Source of the DNA: Saccostrea cucullata
Lineage: Eukaryota
DNA length: 64,000 nucleotides
Assembly: GCF_032062105.1 (NCBI RefSeq)
Contig: NW_026928756.1
Coordinates: 124,001 to 188,000, forward strand
Reading direction: 5' to 3'
Shown: in pieces, positions 27,250 to 40,589 of the stretch
Numbering within the stretch: the first letter of the stretch is position 1
Layout of the letters: each line of letters opens with the position of its first letter
Notes under the pieces: model-generated
The model's input: only the letters and a program-made list of their open reading frames with translations
Database searches by the model: none
What the model was told of the DNA's origin: nothing
Translations under genes and position numbers: made by a program

Positions 27250-28010
27250 ATCAGACCTTCCTTCGCTTTTTTCCCCAGGAATTTCAAAGAAATTTACAAA
27301 AGACCTAATTAATTAAGGATGTGTATATTCTCATTTCCGTAGAGGATAAAAATAGAACAAGGCGTGGCAGGGTGAGAAAAGACATGTTACTGCTGGGATT
27401 TCTTCCTTATAGAAATATAACGGAGCTGTTCAGACCCTACTATACTTTTCATGCAATTAGATGGAGAAATTACTGCATAAACATGTACCTCAAAATTTTA
27501 AACTTTTCATGCAGGAAGAGGGCGAAATCCTAGTAAGTTGGAAGATTTTGAGCCCAGTCTTATTGTGTATATATTTTGTTTAATTCAGTTCGACTGTTTT
27601 GAAGATGGTATTTCTTAATTAAAATTTTGCATTAAAAGTCACCTTCTTTTGTTGCATAAAGGTATGCAAAAAGAGACAATATGAAGTAAAAAAAAACCTA
27701 TATTTTCTGGCCATGGATGGTTCATTCAAACTCAAATCTCAATGTTTAAATATGCTTATCTTATTAAGTTATTATTATTATTATCTTATTATATCTTATT
27801 AACTTTGACATCATTCTAATAAGACCTTTCTTTGTTCTCCCCCAACAATTTCAAAGAAACTTACAAAAGACCTAATTGAGGATGTGTATATTCTCATTTC
27901 CGTAAAAGATATAACAAGAACAAGGCGTGGCAGAGGTTGCTGCTGAGATTTCTTCATAAAGACAGGAATAAAACGGAACTGTTCCGAGTCCGTTGTACTT
28001 TTTCTGCCAT
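27250..28010 (+). repeat. Local diverged direct duplication (~200 bp)
   Basis: 27250-27460 matches 27820-28010 (AATTTCAAAGAAA..TACAAAAGACCTAATT..GGATGTGTATATTCTCATTTCCGTA..AGAACAAGGCGTGGCAG). Confidence 0.8.
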
Positions 28011-28854
28011 TTGATGAAGAAATAAAATAAACTAAAAGCATGCATACTCAGTAATAACTGTTCAAAATCAAATCCGCCATCTAGTGTAAATGTGCAAAAT
28101 ATTCAAAATATAGACAATAACATTGGATATAGTGACCGCCGTTTGACATGCAAATTATACGGCATTATTAAATTTAAATGATTATGATAAAGTGGACATG
28201 CTGTATAATTTTTTTCTCCTATTTGGAAATCTCAATCTAAATAATTATAAAGGGGTTATTCATTAAATCAACATTTATTAAGACAGATCTAGAGGAAATT
28301 TTGCTTTTCGCCTTATTTAGTATATGTTTTATTTTACTACATCATTTAAGGATACTTGTTTGCACCTAACTTTCTTATCATGAAATTTCTGTAATTTTTA
28401 TAACGTGTTCACAGTATTTTATAATCTCAGAAATTTTAATAAATACCGGCATGTTAACAACAGTTTTCATTTCTTTGCCATAATTGCCATACTGCTATGC
28501 TTGATAATCGTTCTTCTGTTAAACAATAAATTGTGAATAATACATGTTTCTTTTTAAATGCTATTCCTTTTTTTCAAATTTGAAATGTGAAACTAACAAA
28601 GCAATCACATAAAACAATCACAAGAACATACAGAATAAATTTGAATCTTTTAAAGCAAAATGAGGCGCAACTTTGATGTCGGATTTTTTTGTTGCAAAAT
28701 TGTAATTACTAGTACCTATTTCAATGACAGAAAATAATAATAAACTTCTGTTAGTATCCATATTTGCGATGGAAGATCTGTTTTAAAGCTTCGATTGAAT
28801 AGAAATTACATTATTGTCGTTCTGTACAATAATGATGTTTAATATAAAATTGTA

Positions 28855-29064
28855 CACTGTAAAATCTCATATTTTCGAGGGGTCAAATTTTCGTGGTTTG
28901 AGGAAAATATGTTGCTTTGTGGGAGATTTGATTTCGTGGTTGAAGAATTATTCAGTAGTAATATATGTGTACAATTGCATTTCATGGTGGTCATAAATTT
29001 GTGGGTCTTTTCATACCTTGAAAAAACGAAAATTAAACCTCCATGAAATTTAGTGATTTCACAC
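28855..29064. mobile_element. Short MITE
   Basis: Imperfect TIRs CTGTAAAATC...GATTTCACA with internal TTTCGTGG repeats. Confidence 0.5.
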
Positions 29065-29350
29065 AATTGGATTGTATAAATAAGTCTTTTTTCTGCTTTA
29101 TTTTAGTCTAATTGATCATAAAGGTTTAAGTTACATACACATTTATCATAATAACACATTTAAGATTTTTTTCAAAAATGCAGCTCATATTCCTTTAATT
29201 AACAGAGCAATATAACATTAACTAGACAAAGGCATTTGTTTTTACATGTAGCTAGCCATTTAAACACTAAAGCGAAGATTTGATCAATCGTAAAATATAT
29301 TTGGAACAATATCAAAGTTAAAAAAACTTTATAAACATGTATTTATACGA

Positions 29351-32300
29351 TCACAATTCGTCAGTTATAGAACTATAAGGTATTGTGTATTGCGTTGATA
29401 ACATTGGTGATATGTTTGACCACGTGCCGTTATGTTGAGGATTTGGATTTATTTGAAGAATCTTGCACATCAGCTGATATAATTCTACATTATAGAATGG
29501 TTTACTGGTATAATTTTTCTTAAATTCTGAAAAAAAAAGTTTAGATAATTTGACTTTTAGTCTAAGAGTAGTATTTAAAAAAAGGATTCAAAACAAACCT
29601 CAATATAATATTTAAGTGATAGAAAATTCAATAGCAATTATCATACTTATACATGTGTATCACGAATTCGAATATAATTGCAAATTAATTAACACAATTT
29701 TCAATTAAACAGAAGCAATAAATTTACTTACATATTATTTTTCCTATTTAAATGGTTTTGAAATATCTTCTGAGACTTGCAATGAAAGGTCTTAGAATTT
29801 TATTTAATTTAACAAAAATTATAATGTTGAAAAGTATCGTACAAAAATATACTGCAGGTATATAAATTTCCATATGCACTAACCTGGTCCAGATGCCAAA
29901 AATATCGCCCGCATATCGGGATCAGTGTTGTCATAGCCATGCATCCCTCTGATTGGCCCAGTTCCCTCATAATTATAAACGTTCGCATAAGGTATAGTCT
30001 AAAACAAGATGTTTATAATATTCATACATGTTATTATATTTCTTTAATTTTAACTTTTAAATCGTTGAGTCCGAATTTTTCAAAGTCATATATACAACAA
30101 GTATGAAGTATTCAAAATAAAATTAGACATTCGTAGGGAAATATGTTATAAAAATATGGTACAAAGAATAATGATAATAGTTTTTAAAGATTTACATTAC
30201 AATTCCATGTCTTTACATATATGGAAGGTGATCAATTTAAAAATGCAGACAAAATGTATATTTTTCTATGGAAATATAAACTAACATTAATTGTGTTACA
30301 ATGCTTGATATTTGAGTTTTAGATCATCAAACTACAACTTTAACTGTAGAAATACAAATAGACAATACAAATGATAAAAAAATTACTAAACAATAACAAA
30401 AAATACAAAATTTTAATTTTACATATTATCTGGATTTTATTTCAACACGGTAACTCTCCATTTGAAATATAGCTGCACAACTTACACAAGGTGAGCAGCC
30501 CACACATTTACAGGGCAAGGTGATATACACGCCATCATCCGCCTCTATGAATATTGGTGACACCCGATAATGTTTCTTAAGGTTGTATCGTTCTGGAATA
30601 TTGTCCTTCCTGTAGACAGTGAACTTCTTTCCTTCAGCTTCCGCTTGAAGAGCATCATAAACCTGATAAGAACTATGACATTTATTTCTGACACTGTAAT
30701 ACAAATCGACTAGATGAAATAGTATTTTTTATGTTCATATTCCAACTTTTTGCTTCTGTCTGTATTTTACTCGTCCCAATTTGTGTAAAACTTTCATAAG
30801 TAGTAATGTATTTTCCTTCCATGCCCCCCAACCCCGTAATCGAAGATTCGGGGGTATATAGTGTTTGCCCTTTCCATCTGTATGCCTGCCTTTTTGTCTG
30901 TTTATCTGATTGTTTGCTAAAACTTTAACCTTGTCAATAACTTTTGTATTTCTTGTGACAAGAATTTTCTTAGGGTACTACCAAATTGACTCCCTGACTT
31001 TGACCGCAGAATTTGAACCTCTATTGAACACAGTGAACATGATTTTAGCTTAGTTTTGGATAATTTCGCTTTTATTTATTGTACAGCTCGATATAAAGGC
31101 ACTCAGAAGAAAAGAATCGACAGGGTAAAATTGTTTTTAAGGTATCTAATCATTACGAATACAGTGATCATTTAAGATATATAATACAGGGCATTATTTA
31201 TTAGCCTTTTTAAAAAGATATTTAATTAGATGTTAAAATTTAAAAATTTCTTACCTTATCAATAGCACCATCTTTAGGCCAAATTTTGATATTCGCTCCC
31301 TCTGGGATTAATACTGATATATCATCCATATTAATTTTACCACTTAAATCTACTGTTTCTTTTAGGTTCGCCATTCCATGATCAGAAAATATCATAATAC
31401 TGACGTCATCTAAACCTAATGATGTCATTTGTTCTTTGAATTTGTAGATTTCATGGTCAGCTTCTATGATTTTCTCTTTCAGCTGTCTGGAACCAACGCC
31501 GTATTTGTGTCCATAATGATCCACTATTTCACTGTAAATGCCTAAAACAGAAACAAACAATGATAAAGTAATGAAATACATCTGTATATATTTCATTATA
31601 TAATCGCAATTAAACTATACAATGCAATTATTATTGTAATTAATGTAACGATTATTACTATGACACTTTTTTTATAGTTAGGTTATTTTGACGTTCCATT
31701 TAAGATATATAAATACAAATCGAAATGAAAATAATTATTCAAAGTTAACCACAGAGAAGAATATCTTTTCCCATGCATTTGCTGTTGAGGAATAGTAGAA
31801 AATAAAAGTGCATTTACGCAATTTAACAGACACCAAGTTAAACATATATTGGTAGATCTAAAGGTTTAATGTAATGCGTGAAACCTACCTATGAAATCTG
31901 CGGTGTGGTTTTGCAAAAGCTTCAGTGATTCATTAAAAGAAATCTTCATTTCTGGAATTCCAGTCATGCCTTTCCTGGGCATACAATAGGTTGGTTTAAC
32001 TCCCCTTATGGCCACTTCGCACTCTCTCCAGTAAAAGAAGTATGTCTTCTTACCCTAAAGATAAAAATACATTGTAAAACTTTTTCAGATGACTGACACG
32101 TTTCCTACAGCCCTTAAGAAATGAATTCCTAAATATGATACAGCGCAAAATACATACATGTACATGTATGAAACTTCAGGGATGTGCAAGAAAAAGGTAC
32201 ATTTTTTGCATGAATTTTATTTGACGCTTGCTTTTTAACTCCTAGACACATTTAAGCTTATTATCCAAATCACCATATATACTTTTTTAAGAAGTAAATT

Positions 32301-33040
32301 TTAAAATCTATTCAGTAGTCAGTTCGATTTTAAAAATATATGTGAAAAATCATATTCTTCCGGTTTCTTAAGGTTATATGAATGTTTTCTTAGACTTTTC
32401 CACGCCTCAAAATTATGTTTATTTTTTCAATTATAATTTGTTGAAATAATTCACTTGATTTTCGGCAGTCACCCACAAAGGTTCCGCATCGTCCCACCAA
32501 TGGGCATTGTGCTTTTCCTGATGAAACGCCCCTTGGTCCATGAACAGGTTTGCTCCATGTTTTTCATCAAACATAAAATTGGACACATAGCCATGGTCTT
32601 CACTATGCACACCTTTACATAAAATATTTTAAGATCCTCCCTTGCCCCCCTAATGGGTGGGTGGGTAGATCAAATACCTGCATTAAAAATAGATCATTGC
32701 ACTTAAAAATTTTCGTGAAAAAATTATTGAATGGTTAAATCGTTATCATAGCAATCTTAAAAAAACGAGGTAAATAAATCTCACCTGTCATTATGGAGTA
32801 GTAATTAGGGTAAGACAGAGTTGGATAAACGGGGAGCATGTATTCAGCCTTCACCCCTTGTTCAAAGATACTTTTGAAACCAGGCAACATTTGTCCATCT
32901 TGTTCAAGGTAGTCCCATCTGAATCCGTCCAGTAAGATAACAAGTAGACGTGACCCCGAAACGTTTGATCCAGTTAAAATCAAATATAGAAAGGACAATG
33001 ACAGTGAGCAGTGCCTGGTCTGATGGTAACGGCTCTTCAT
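29351..33040 (-). CDS. ENPP6: ENPP6-like ectonucleotide pyrophosphatase/phosphodiesterase, copy A, ~444 aa, C-terminus -TDEL
   Basis: Exons (minus) 33040-32785, 32612-32455, 32054-31889, 31541-31255, 30662-30486, 29998-29884, 29526-29351; 1335 nt in frame. Signal peptide, 'DGFRWDY', Ser-nucleophile motif '[14 protein letters not shown]' (ENPP6-type), 'WWDDAEPLW', 'DHYGH', 'SDHGM', 'GMHGYDN', 'HNGTW'. Confidence 0.88.
30820..31020 (+). mobile_element. HINE 5' fragment in an intron of ENPP6-A
   Basis: ATGCCCCC...GGGGGTATAT hairpin, (CTGT)-like tract, AAACTTTAACCTTG. Confidence 0.5.
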
Positions 33041-36000
33041 TTCCTCTATAAGATTTCATACAAACACAGTGTACTTATTTTAATCTGTTTTAAATACTGA
33101 ATTCTAGCAAGAAATTTATTTAAACATGACAGTTGTAATTAGATAAGATAAATATTATACAAATTAATTGTCTGAGAAAGAAGTGGGAGGAGAAAAGAGT
33201 GTGTATGTGTACATGTACGTGTGAATCAAGAATTGAACGTACATTGTGCTAATACTTACTTTATTGATACATAAACCTTTCGTACTTTTTCATGTTGGTT
33301 TTATGATTTTTAAAAAGAATATTACCTAAGTATCGCTTTTATTATGCATAATCTATGTCCATATTTTTATTTGCAATAAATAAAACAGATGCCTTAAGGA
33401 TCCCGTCTGCATTATATTATCCAACTGCTTTAAAACTTAATTATATCAGTATATGCACAAACAAGATCATTCTTTAAATCTATATAAATACGTTAATTCA
33501 AAAACAAAATATATGTACATGCATACCATATCGTAAGAAGCAATTTCAGTTTGAAGGCAGCAGGCCGGAAATGTGTCATCTTACAGAAAAATTTTTACAA
33601 GGAACAAAAAGAAAATGGTCACGAGACCTTGATAAGGGGGATATACTTGTAGATTAGCTTTGTTTTTCTACAATTTTTTAAAGGAGAACAATTATCTTCA
33701 TTATTAGACGGGCATTCACCCCATATCCCGGACCTTGCATACATGCATCGATTTGTTTTTCATAATGTTTATAGTACGCCGTTATTATCTAAATATTTAC
33801 AAAGGGAAAGGCAGGCAAATATTAACATGTTCTGGACTTTTTTTTAATAAATTGGTATATTCAATAATACTCTTTTTGAAAAATGGAAAAAGTATCAATA
33901 ATGTAAAATAAAGCTTTAGCTTTCCAACTTTTCGACTCACCTGCACTATTTGTTGGTATTTCCCTCTGTTAAATACCTCACCGATTGTAAACTGTCATGT
34001 TCAACATTTAAATACGGGTAGAGGTCAAGCATTTACTAAGATAAGTTTTCTGGGACGAAGAGATCAGGGTAATATTGATAAAGAGGTCTATTTAATCAGC
34101 GGTTTGTTTAATATAACTTAGGAACATTTTTGATTAAGGGAAAATGAACAGATAGTTACATTGGAAAAGTCTTTAAAAAATATCTAAAAACGTTTCATGT
34201 GTTATTACATCATTTTTGAATCCATTATGCAACAAAATGGTAATAGTTGATCGACATACATCAATAATCAATAAATTTTGCCAGATTTTTTTTCATTCAA
34301 TGTGTACATTAATCTCCAAACTAATTTTTTGATGGAAAGTTGCTTTTTTAATGCCTTTTTTCTGGTTACTTTTTTATATAATCAGTTTTCTAAATTGACT
34401 GAGAAATCAATGAAGTTTATCTTTTTTATACACTTTCAACAGTCATGCTTATATATTTTTTGGATGAATTCTTAGCTTTTTTCTTAATTCATTTCATTTA
34501 CACTGTACATGTATCTTAATGAACCATGAAAAATTATCATTTTTAATGAAATAATCAGAATTATTTACTTATGAAACTTGGAATTTTCTTGAAGTGTATA
34601 CGTTTATGAATAGCAAAAAAAATTCCAAATCCTATCGGAAAATTTTAACAAGTCTTTTTTTGATGGGATGCGCCGCACTCTCGATTTGATGAAACAATCT
34701 AATAATCATGTAGGATTTACCGCTTAGGTTCAATCCCTTCCATATTCTTTTTTACCACAAAATACTTTTTGCAAACAGAATTTTCTACACATAATGTCAA
34801 AATCGTATACATGTACCTATTAATATAAGAATCTTGTCTTCAAAAATATATACAATTTTACAATAAAAAGATTATTGAGTCTTTATTTAATCTGCTGTGT
34901 GCATTTTCAAATTAGCCTTATTTGACAATATTTGAATATGTAAGGTAACAAACTTGTCAGTTTATTGGCTTTAATCAAATGCTTCGAAAGATTTGGTCAA
35001 ATGCGAAACTAATGTCATTTGTCGTTCAGCTGATTACATGTGTAGGTTATTAAAAATGTGTGCATTCAAAAACATAATGGAATTCATCACCAGTCTTATA
35101 AAGATCACATAAAGTACAAATCCTTTGTTCTCTTGGAAGACCATTCCATCTCCCAGTTTCAATAGGGAGTTTACAGTTGTTACATCTAAATTTACATAAC
35201 AAAAATTGAAAATTTTCTAGGTAGATTAACAAGACATCTTTCTGGTTCTAGTATTTCTTTATAAATACGATAATTTACACCCTTTGATGAGTTAAAAATA
35301 TTACTTTGCCAGTTTTGGATATTTTTGTCAACAAGTATTCCTTTTATTTCATTTTTACCCATGCTACACTGTACATCTGTTGTGTTGTCCATAAATAAGA
35401 TAATCCAAAATCATCTAAAATGTTTTAACATAGTTAGCCCAAGGCAAATTATGCCTTGACGCTATTACATACATTTTTGTAGCAAATTTATCCATCGTTT
35501 GAGAAAAATGTAGTTTTGCCCAAAAAGAAATCATTCTCACCTTAATATTAAGGTTAAGCGGGAATCTGCCACGTTCTTCATATACCATGTAATTTGGTGT
35601 TTTAGTGTTCAAACCTAGTATATATTTACAATATTTTAAGTGAAGTTTTTCGATCGGAGTTTATTTTGTAAATCCCCATATTTCACGTCCATATAACAAA
35701 ACTGGCTGTACAATTCTGTCAAACAAATCTATCTGACAATCAATAGAAAGATTATGTTGTTTACATTTTGATATCACTAGATACATAGCTTTTACAGATT
35801 TATTGTATTGTTCTTTTATATTTTGATTGAAAGAACCTAATTTTGAAAAATATATTCCTAAGTACTTATAACTATCAACAATCTCTAGACTTAAACCATC
35901 ATAGGTAAAATATAAATCCTGTGTTATTCGACCTCTTCCCAAAATCATTATTTTTGTTTTGTCGACATTTACTTTTAACTGCCATTTTATACAAAAATCA

Positions 36001-37390
36001 TGAAAACAATTCAACATACTTTGTAATGACTCAGGGTTTTCAGCAAATAAAACAGTGTCATCAGCATACAACAGAGCAAAAAGCTTAAAATATACATGAA
36101 GTTCATTCTCAATAATTTCAGATAATTTCTCTAGACCAGTTATATCATTCATGGTGAGGAATGATTCTAAATTATTTAAATAGAGAGAGAACAGAAAAGG
36201 GGATAAATTTTCACCCTGTCTTACACCAAGTTGACAAGAGAAAGTACTCCTTTTGCACTTGGTGTAAGAATGCTACAGGTATCGTTTACAATTTTGTCAA
36301 TAAAATCTGTATCGATTTCTTCCTCTTTAATATTGTCTAGAATTCTACATAAATTGTTAATTTCAAGATTTTTCTGAACTAATTTTTTAAGAAAAATGTG
36401 TTGCAAGTCATCATTCCAACCTTTAGCTTTTTCTTTTTGTTCGCTATTACAAGTATTTTCATTATTAGTATTTCGCTTCTCTTGGTTAATTGTCAATGAT
36501 AGTTCTACATAAATAGGATTATGACAATCAGAATATAGTTTTGAAAAATCATGAACTTAATTCGAAATTTTTAACAACAGTCAAAAATTCAGTATTACCT
36601 ATGCAATAATCTATGACACTAATACGTTTACATGTAGTTTTACCAGTACATCTATCATTTCCCATACGACCATTCAAAATAAAAAGATCAGTACGTTTGC
36701 AAAAATCGAGTAAAAGTTTTCCAAAATTATTCTTGACTAGGTCTTGTGATGAACGTTGAGGTGGAATATTAAGTAAGTCTAATACATATAAGCTTTCAGG
36801 TAAAAAATCACAATAAGTGTCACAGTTAGTAGTGTAATCTGGGTCTATTCCAGTTCTTGCATTAAAATCACCAATTAAACAAACGTATTTACACTTATTA
36901 GAAAAACGAACACATTCTTCTTCAAATTCTTCAAAAATATCACAAGATACATATTTAGTATTCAGGTGGTACGTAAATAGCGCCTAAAAGTAATGTTTCA
37001 TTGAACACTTTTTTTATTAAGGTTGAATTTTAACCATAAAACAATATTATCACAGATAATTCAATTTATGCCGCTATGAGAAATATATTATATTTTACAC
37101 CTAAGGATAATTCTGCATATCCCTGCGCAGTCTGCAGGATATGCGCCCTTATCGCAGCGCAATTATCATAGAATCTTTCATTGCGAAATCGCACCTTATT
37201 TTGCTTGACAGAGTTATCCAATCAAAATCCTTGATTTTGTTGCGCCATTTTGGTTAGCCTGGCAGTGCATTGAAAAAACTTAAAATGCTCAAGCTCCTCT
37301 TATGGATTCTATGTTGATATCTGTGTTGAATGGCAAATTTTTCATTCAAATTCATTTTCTCCAACTCGTACTGCCAATGAACATCATATA

Positions 37391-37565
37391 CAGTAAAACT
37401 CGGTTATAACGAAGTCGCTGGGACGCATGAAGTTACTTCGCTATATCCGTAATTCATAACAACCGTACAAGAAATTTATTAAATTTATACAGCTGGGGAT
37501 CCAAATTGAATTCGCTATATCCGTGAATTCGCATTATCTGTGTTCGTACTAAACGAGTTTCACTG
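37391..37565. mobile_element. Tc1/mariner (pogo-like) MITE
   Basis: TA|CAGTAAAACTCG...CGAGTTTCACTG|TA. Confidence 0.85.
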
Positions 37566-37799
37566 TATAGAGTAGTCAGCACCTGTTATTCATTTAATGT
37601 GTAAAATAAGATTTGGCAATATATTAGCTTCTTATGTAACATTAATTGTTCTATCATTGATGTTGTAAATCTGGTCATTAGTCCAGTAAAGTGTTTATCA
37701 AATATTCCACAATGTACATCCTCTATAGTCATCAACTCTGTATAACTCAGCTCAATTTTAAAGTCTTCATAGTCGGCTTACTGATATCAATGAGTTCAG

Positions 37800-38395
37800 C
37801 ATTTAAACTTGCCTGCATAGTCTTTGAGCTACATGTAAGATGACGGCTACTGATTTAAATTGTATGTTGAAATCTACCCGCATAGACTTGAGTGAAGATA
37901 CATAGTTCAGCAGAGAGCTGCTTATGTAAATTGTGCTTCAAAATCTGCTTGCATAGTCTTGAGTTAAGATACATTAGTTGAAGTTCAGCGGATAGCTGCT
38001 CATGTGAATTGTGCTGCAAACTCTGCTTGCATAGTCTTGAGTTAAGACACAAGAGTTCAGAGGATAGCTTCTCATGTAAATTGTTTGTTATAATCTGCTT
38101 GCATAGTCGAGAGTTAAGATACATGACTTCAGCGGATAGCTGCTCATGTAAATTGTATAATAAAATCTGGCTTGCATAGTCTTGAGTTAAGATACATGGC
38201 TTCAGCGGATAGCTGCTCATGTAAATTGTATAATAAAATCTGGCTTGCATAGTCTTGAGTTAAGATACATGGCTTCAGCGCATTGCTGCTCATGTAAATT
38301 GTGTGTTAAAATCTGCTTGCATAGTCTTAGTTCAAGATACATGAATTCAGCGGATAGCTGCTCATGTAAATTGTATGTTAAAAACTCTGGCTTCT
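37800..38395. repeat. 72-73-bp minisatellite, ~8 units
   Basis: GCTTGCATAGTCTTGAGTTAAGATACAT..TTCAGCGGATAGCTGCTCATGTAAATTG at 38097, 38170, 38243, 38315, plus more degenerate upstream copies. Confidence 0.9.
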
Positions 38396-38539
38396 TTTGA
38401 TCCACAATTTAACAGCTAACAGGTGAATGTTAATGTCTTTGTTGCATCAGTACTTGTTATTTGTCAAGAACACCTAGTCTAAAATGTATGTGATATCATA
38501 TGAACTTCAACTTCAATGTTGTTTTATGTATTTGCAAAG

Positions 38540-38573
<34 letters not shown>

Positions 38574-40589
38574 TTCAAAAAATGCTGTAAATTTCAGTAT
38601 TTTTACTATTTTTATAAAAATTTTTTGTTTTGATTTTTCTCCTTGTTTGGTGTCTTAACCCCTCACTGCGTGACACTGCAACATGAGGGCTTGTGGTGCA
38701 ATTGTTTGACGCCTCCAAGGATTTACTCATTTATGTTATATTTTATGCATATTTACATGTACTCTTATATGTTCACTGCATGTAAATTTCTAGTCAGTCT
38801 CAGGGGGATCACACTTGTACCTTTCACCTGTGTACATGTAACCTGTATTGTTTAATATTAGATGATCCCCCTTAATGATTTGTTATACATTTTACTATAT
38901 GTCATTGAATAAAATGACATATTCGACTAAACTGCATATCTGTGTTTGGTTGTTTTTCACTCCACTTTCAGGCATGTATTTTCATAGGAGGCATAAAACA
39001 ATATTATCACAGATAATTCAATTTATGCCGCTATGAGAAATATATTATATTTTACACCTAAGGATAATTCTGCATATCCCTGCGCAGTCTGCAGGATATG
39101 CGCCCTTATCGCAGCGCAATTATCATAGAATCTTTCATTGCGAAATCGCACCTTATTTTGCTTGACAGAGTTATCCAATCAAAATCCTTGATTTTGTTGC
39201 GCCATTTTGGTTAGCCTGGCAGTGCATTGAAGAAAAAAAACCCACCACCCACCCTTTTTGGGGTTTTTGGTTATATATTATTTTGCATTTTAGTCCAGAT
39301 TTGTATTTTTCTAACTTGTCATATATTTTTTGATTGGCGCAATTGTTTGAACGCCCCCAAAGATTTACTCATTTATGTTATATTTTATGCATGACATGTA
39401 CTCTGATATGTTCACTGCATGTAAATTTCTTAAAAGCACAGTCTCGTACGACAATGTTTGGACGCCTCCAAGGATTTACTCATTTATGTTATATTTTATG
39501 CATATTTACATGTACTCTTATATGTTCACTGCATGTAAATTTCTAGTCAGTCTCAGGGGGATCACACTTGTACCTTTCACCTGTGTACATGTAACCTGTA
39601 TTGTTTAATATTAGATGATCCCCCTTAATGATTTGTTATACATTTTACTATATGTCATTGAATAAAATGACATATTCGACTAAACTGCATATCTGTGTTT
39701 GGTTGTTTTTCACTGCACTTTCAGGCTGATATTTCTCATAGGAGGCATAAACAATGTTTACTTGCAGTATCTATTAATTCTAGTGAATTGACGAGTGTTT
39801 CTCTAACAAAACCAACAATAGCACCTGATTTAAAGCGAGATAACTCGCGAAAGTGCTTTCCAAACATTTTAAAACCAGGTATTATTACATGATCTGTATC
39901 ATCAGTTTTAGATTCATTTACACATATATGATATCATGATTTGTGATATATTCAATAAAATCTGTACAGTTAATTTTACTTATTAAACCACAGACATTAA
40001 CGAAGTGAAACAGGATATTTCACCACAGGAACTGCGTCCATCCTTCTCAAGTCCCTAGTATCCTGATTGTCCGGAATGATTGAAGTCCATTGGGGCGGAT
40101 CCGCTGACTGGACTTTAATTCAGTTTTCGGTAGCGTTATTTCAATGTTCACTGACCTGAGGCAGTATCGTAGTTCGTCGTATAAAGAAATTGTGCAACCT
40201 TCTCCAGACCGAACCAGTTTTCCAACTTTAAGCCAAATAGTAAGTACATTTGTAAATCAGGTCAAGACAATATATTTATAAGCAAATTTTGTTTCTCTAG
40301 AATTTTGATGATTTTAAACAATCTGTTGAGAGAGTGATATGGAAATTTTGAATGTGTTAAATTCAAGATGATTTAATTCATTCGGATCTTCGTTGTACAT
40401 CGAAAATATTTACATGGTTTATAAAGATGACACAATTTTTATTTTGACAGAAGGTATGCCGATTGCGTAGTAAATTTTCTCTGAGGCACCTTTATGATTT
40501 CTATATCGAGAAGGGAAATTCCCAATTCACCTCTCCTTTAATTGTTTCTTTTTGCATTTTTTAGGGTTTTCCTTTGGTGAACAGATATT

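Larger units (their letters stand above)
37035..39745 (+). mobile_element. Non-coding element with split direct repeats A1...B1-A2-B2 (putative non-autonomous Ngaro/PAT-type YR retroelement)
   Basis: A1 37035-37274 matches A2 38992-39231 (240 bp). B1 ~38708-38991 matches B2 ~39461-39745. Both ends and the B1/A2 junction share CATAAA(A)CAAT. Absent from LINE copy 2 at 61023-61032. Confidence 0.75.
35045..40010 (-). mobile_element. Decayed non-LTR retrotransposon ORF2 (APE endonuclease + RT + C-terminal Zn motif; RTE-X-like), copy 1, internally deleted and interrupted
   Basis: 'LLYADD', 'GVRQGENLSP', 'LPIETGRW..RICTLC..GDEFHYVFEC' and endonuclease 'LNVCGL'. About 1 kb is missing at 36248, and there is an insertion at 37035-39745. 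Confidence 0.9.

Noticed and set aside
37855-38405. ORFs with 24-aa repeats (LHEQLSAE..YLNSRLCKQ); possible CRISPR-like array
   Set aside because: They are the translation of a 72/73-bp minisatellite; 73-bp units break the frame and there are no unique spacers.
40010-40240. Possible coding exon (EGF-like 'GY..EKDGRSSC') next to the LINE
   Set aside because: In-frame stop, no convincing splice sites, and the motif is not kept in copy 2.
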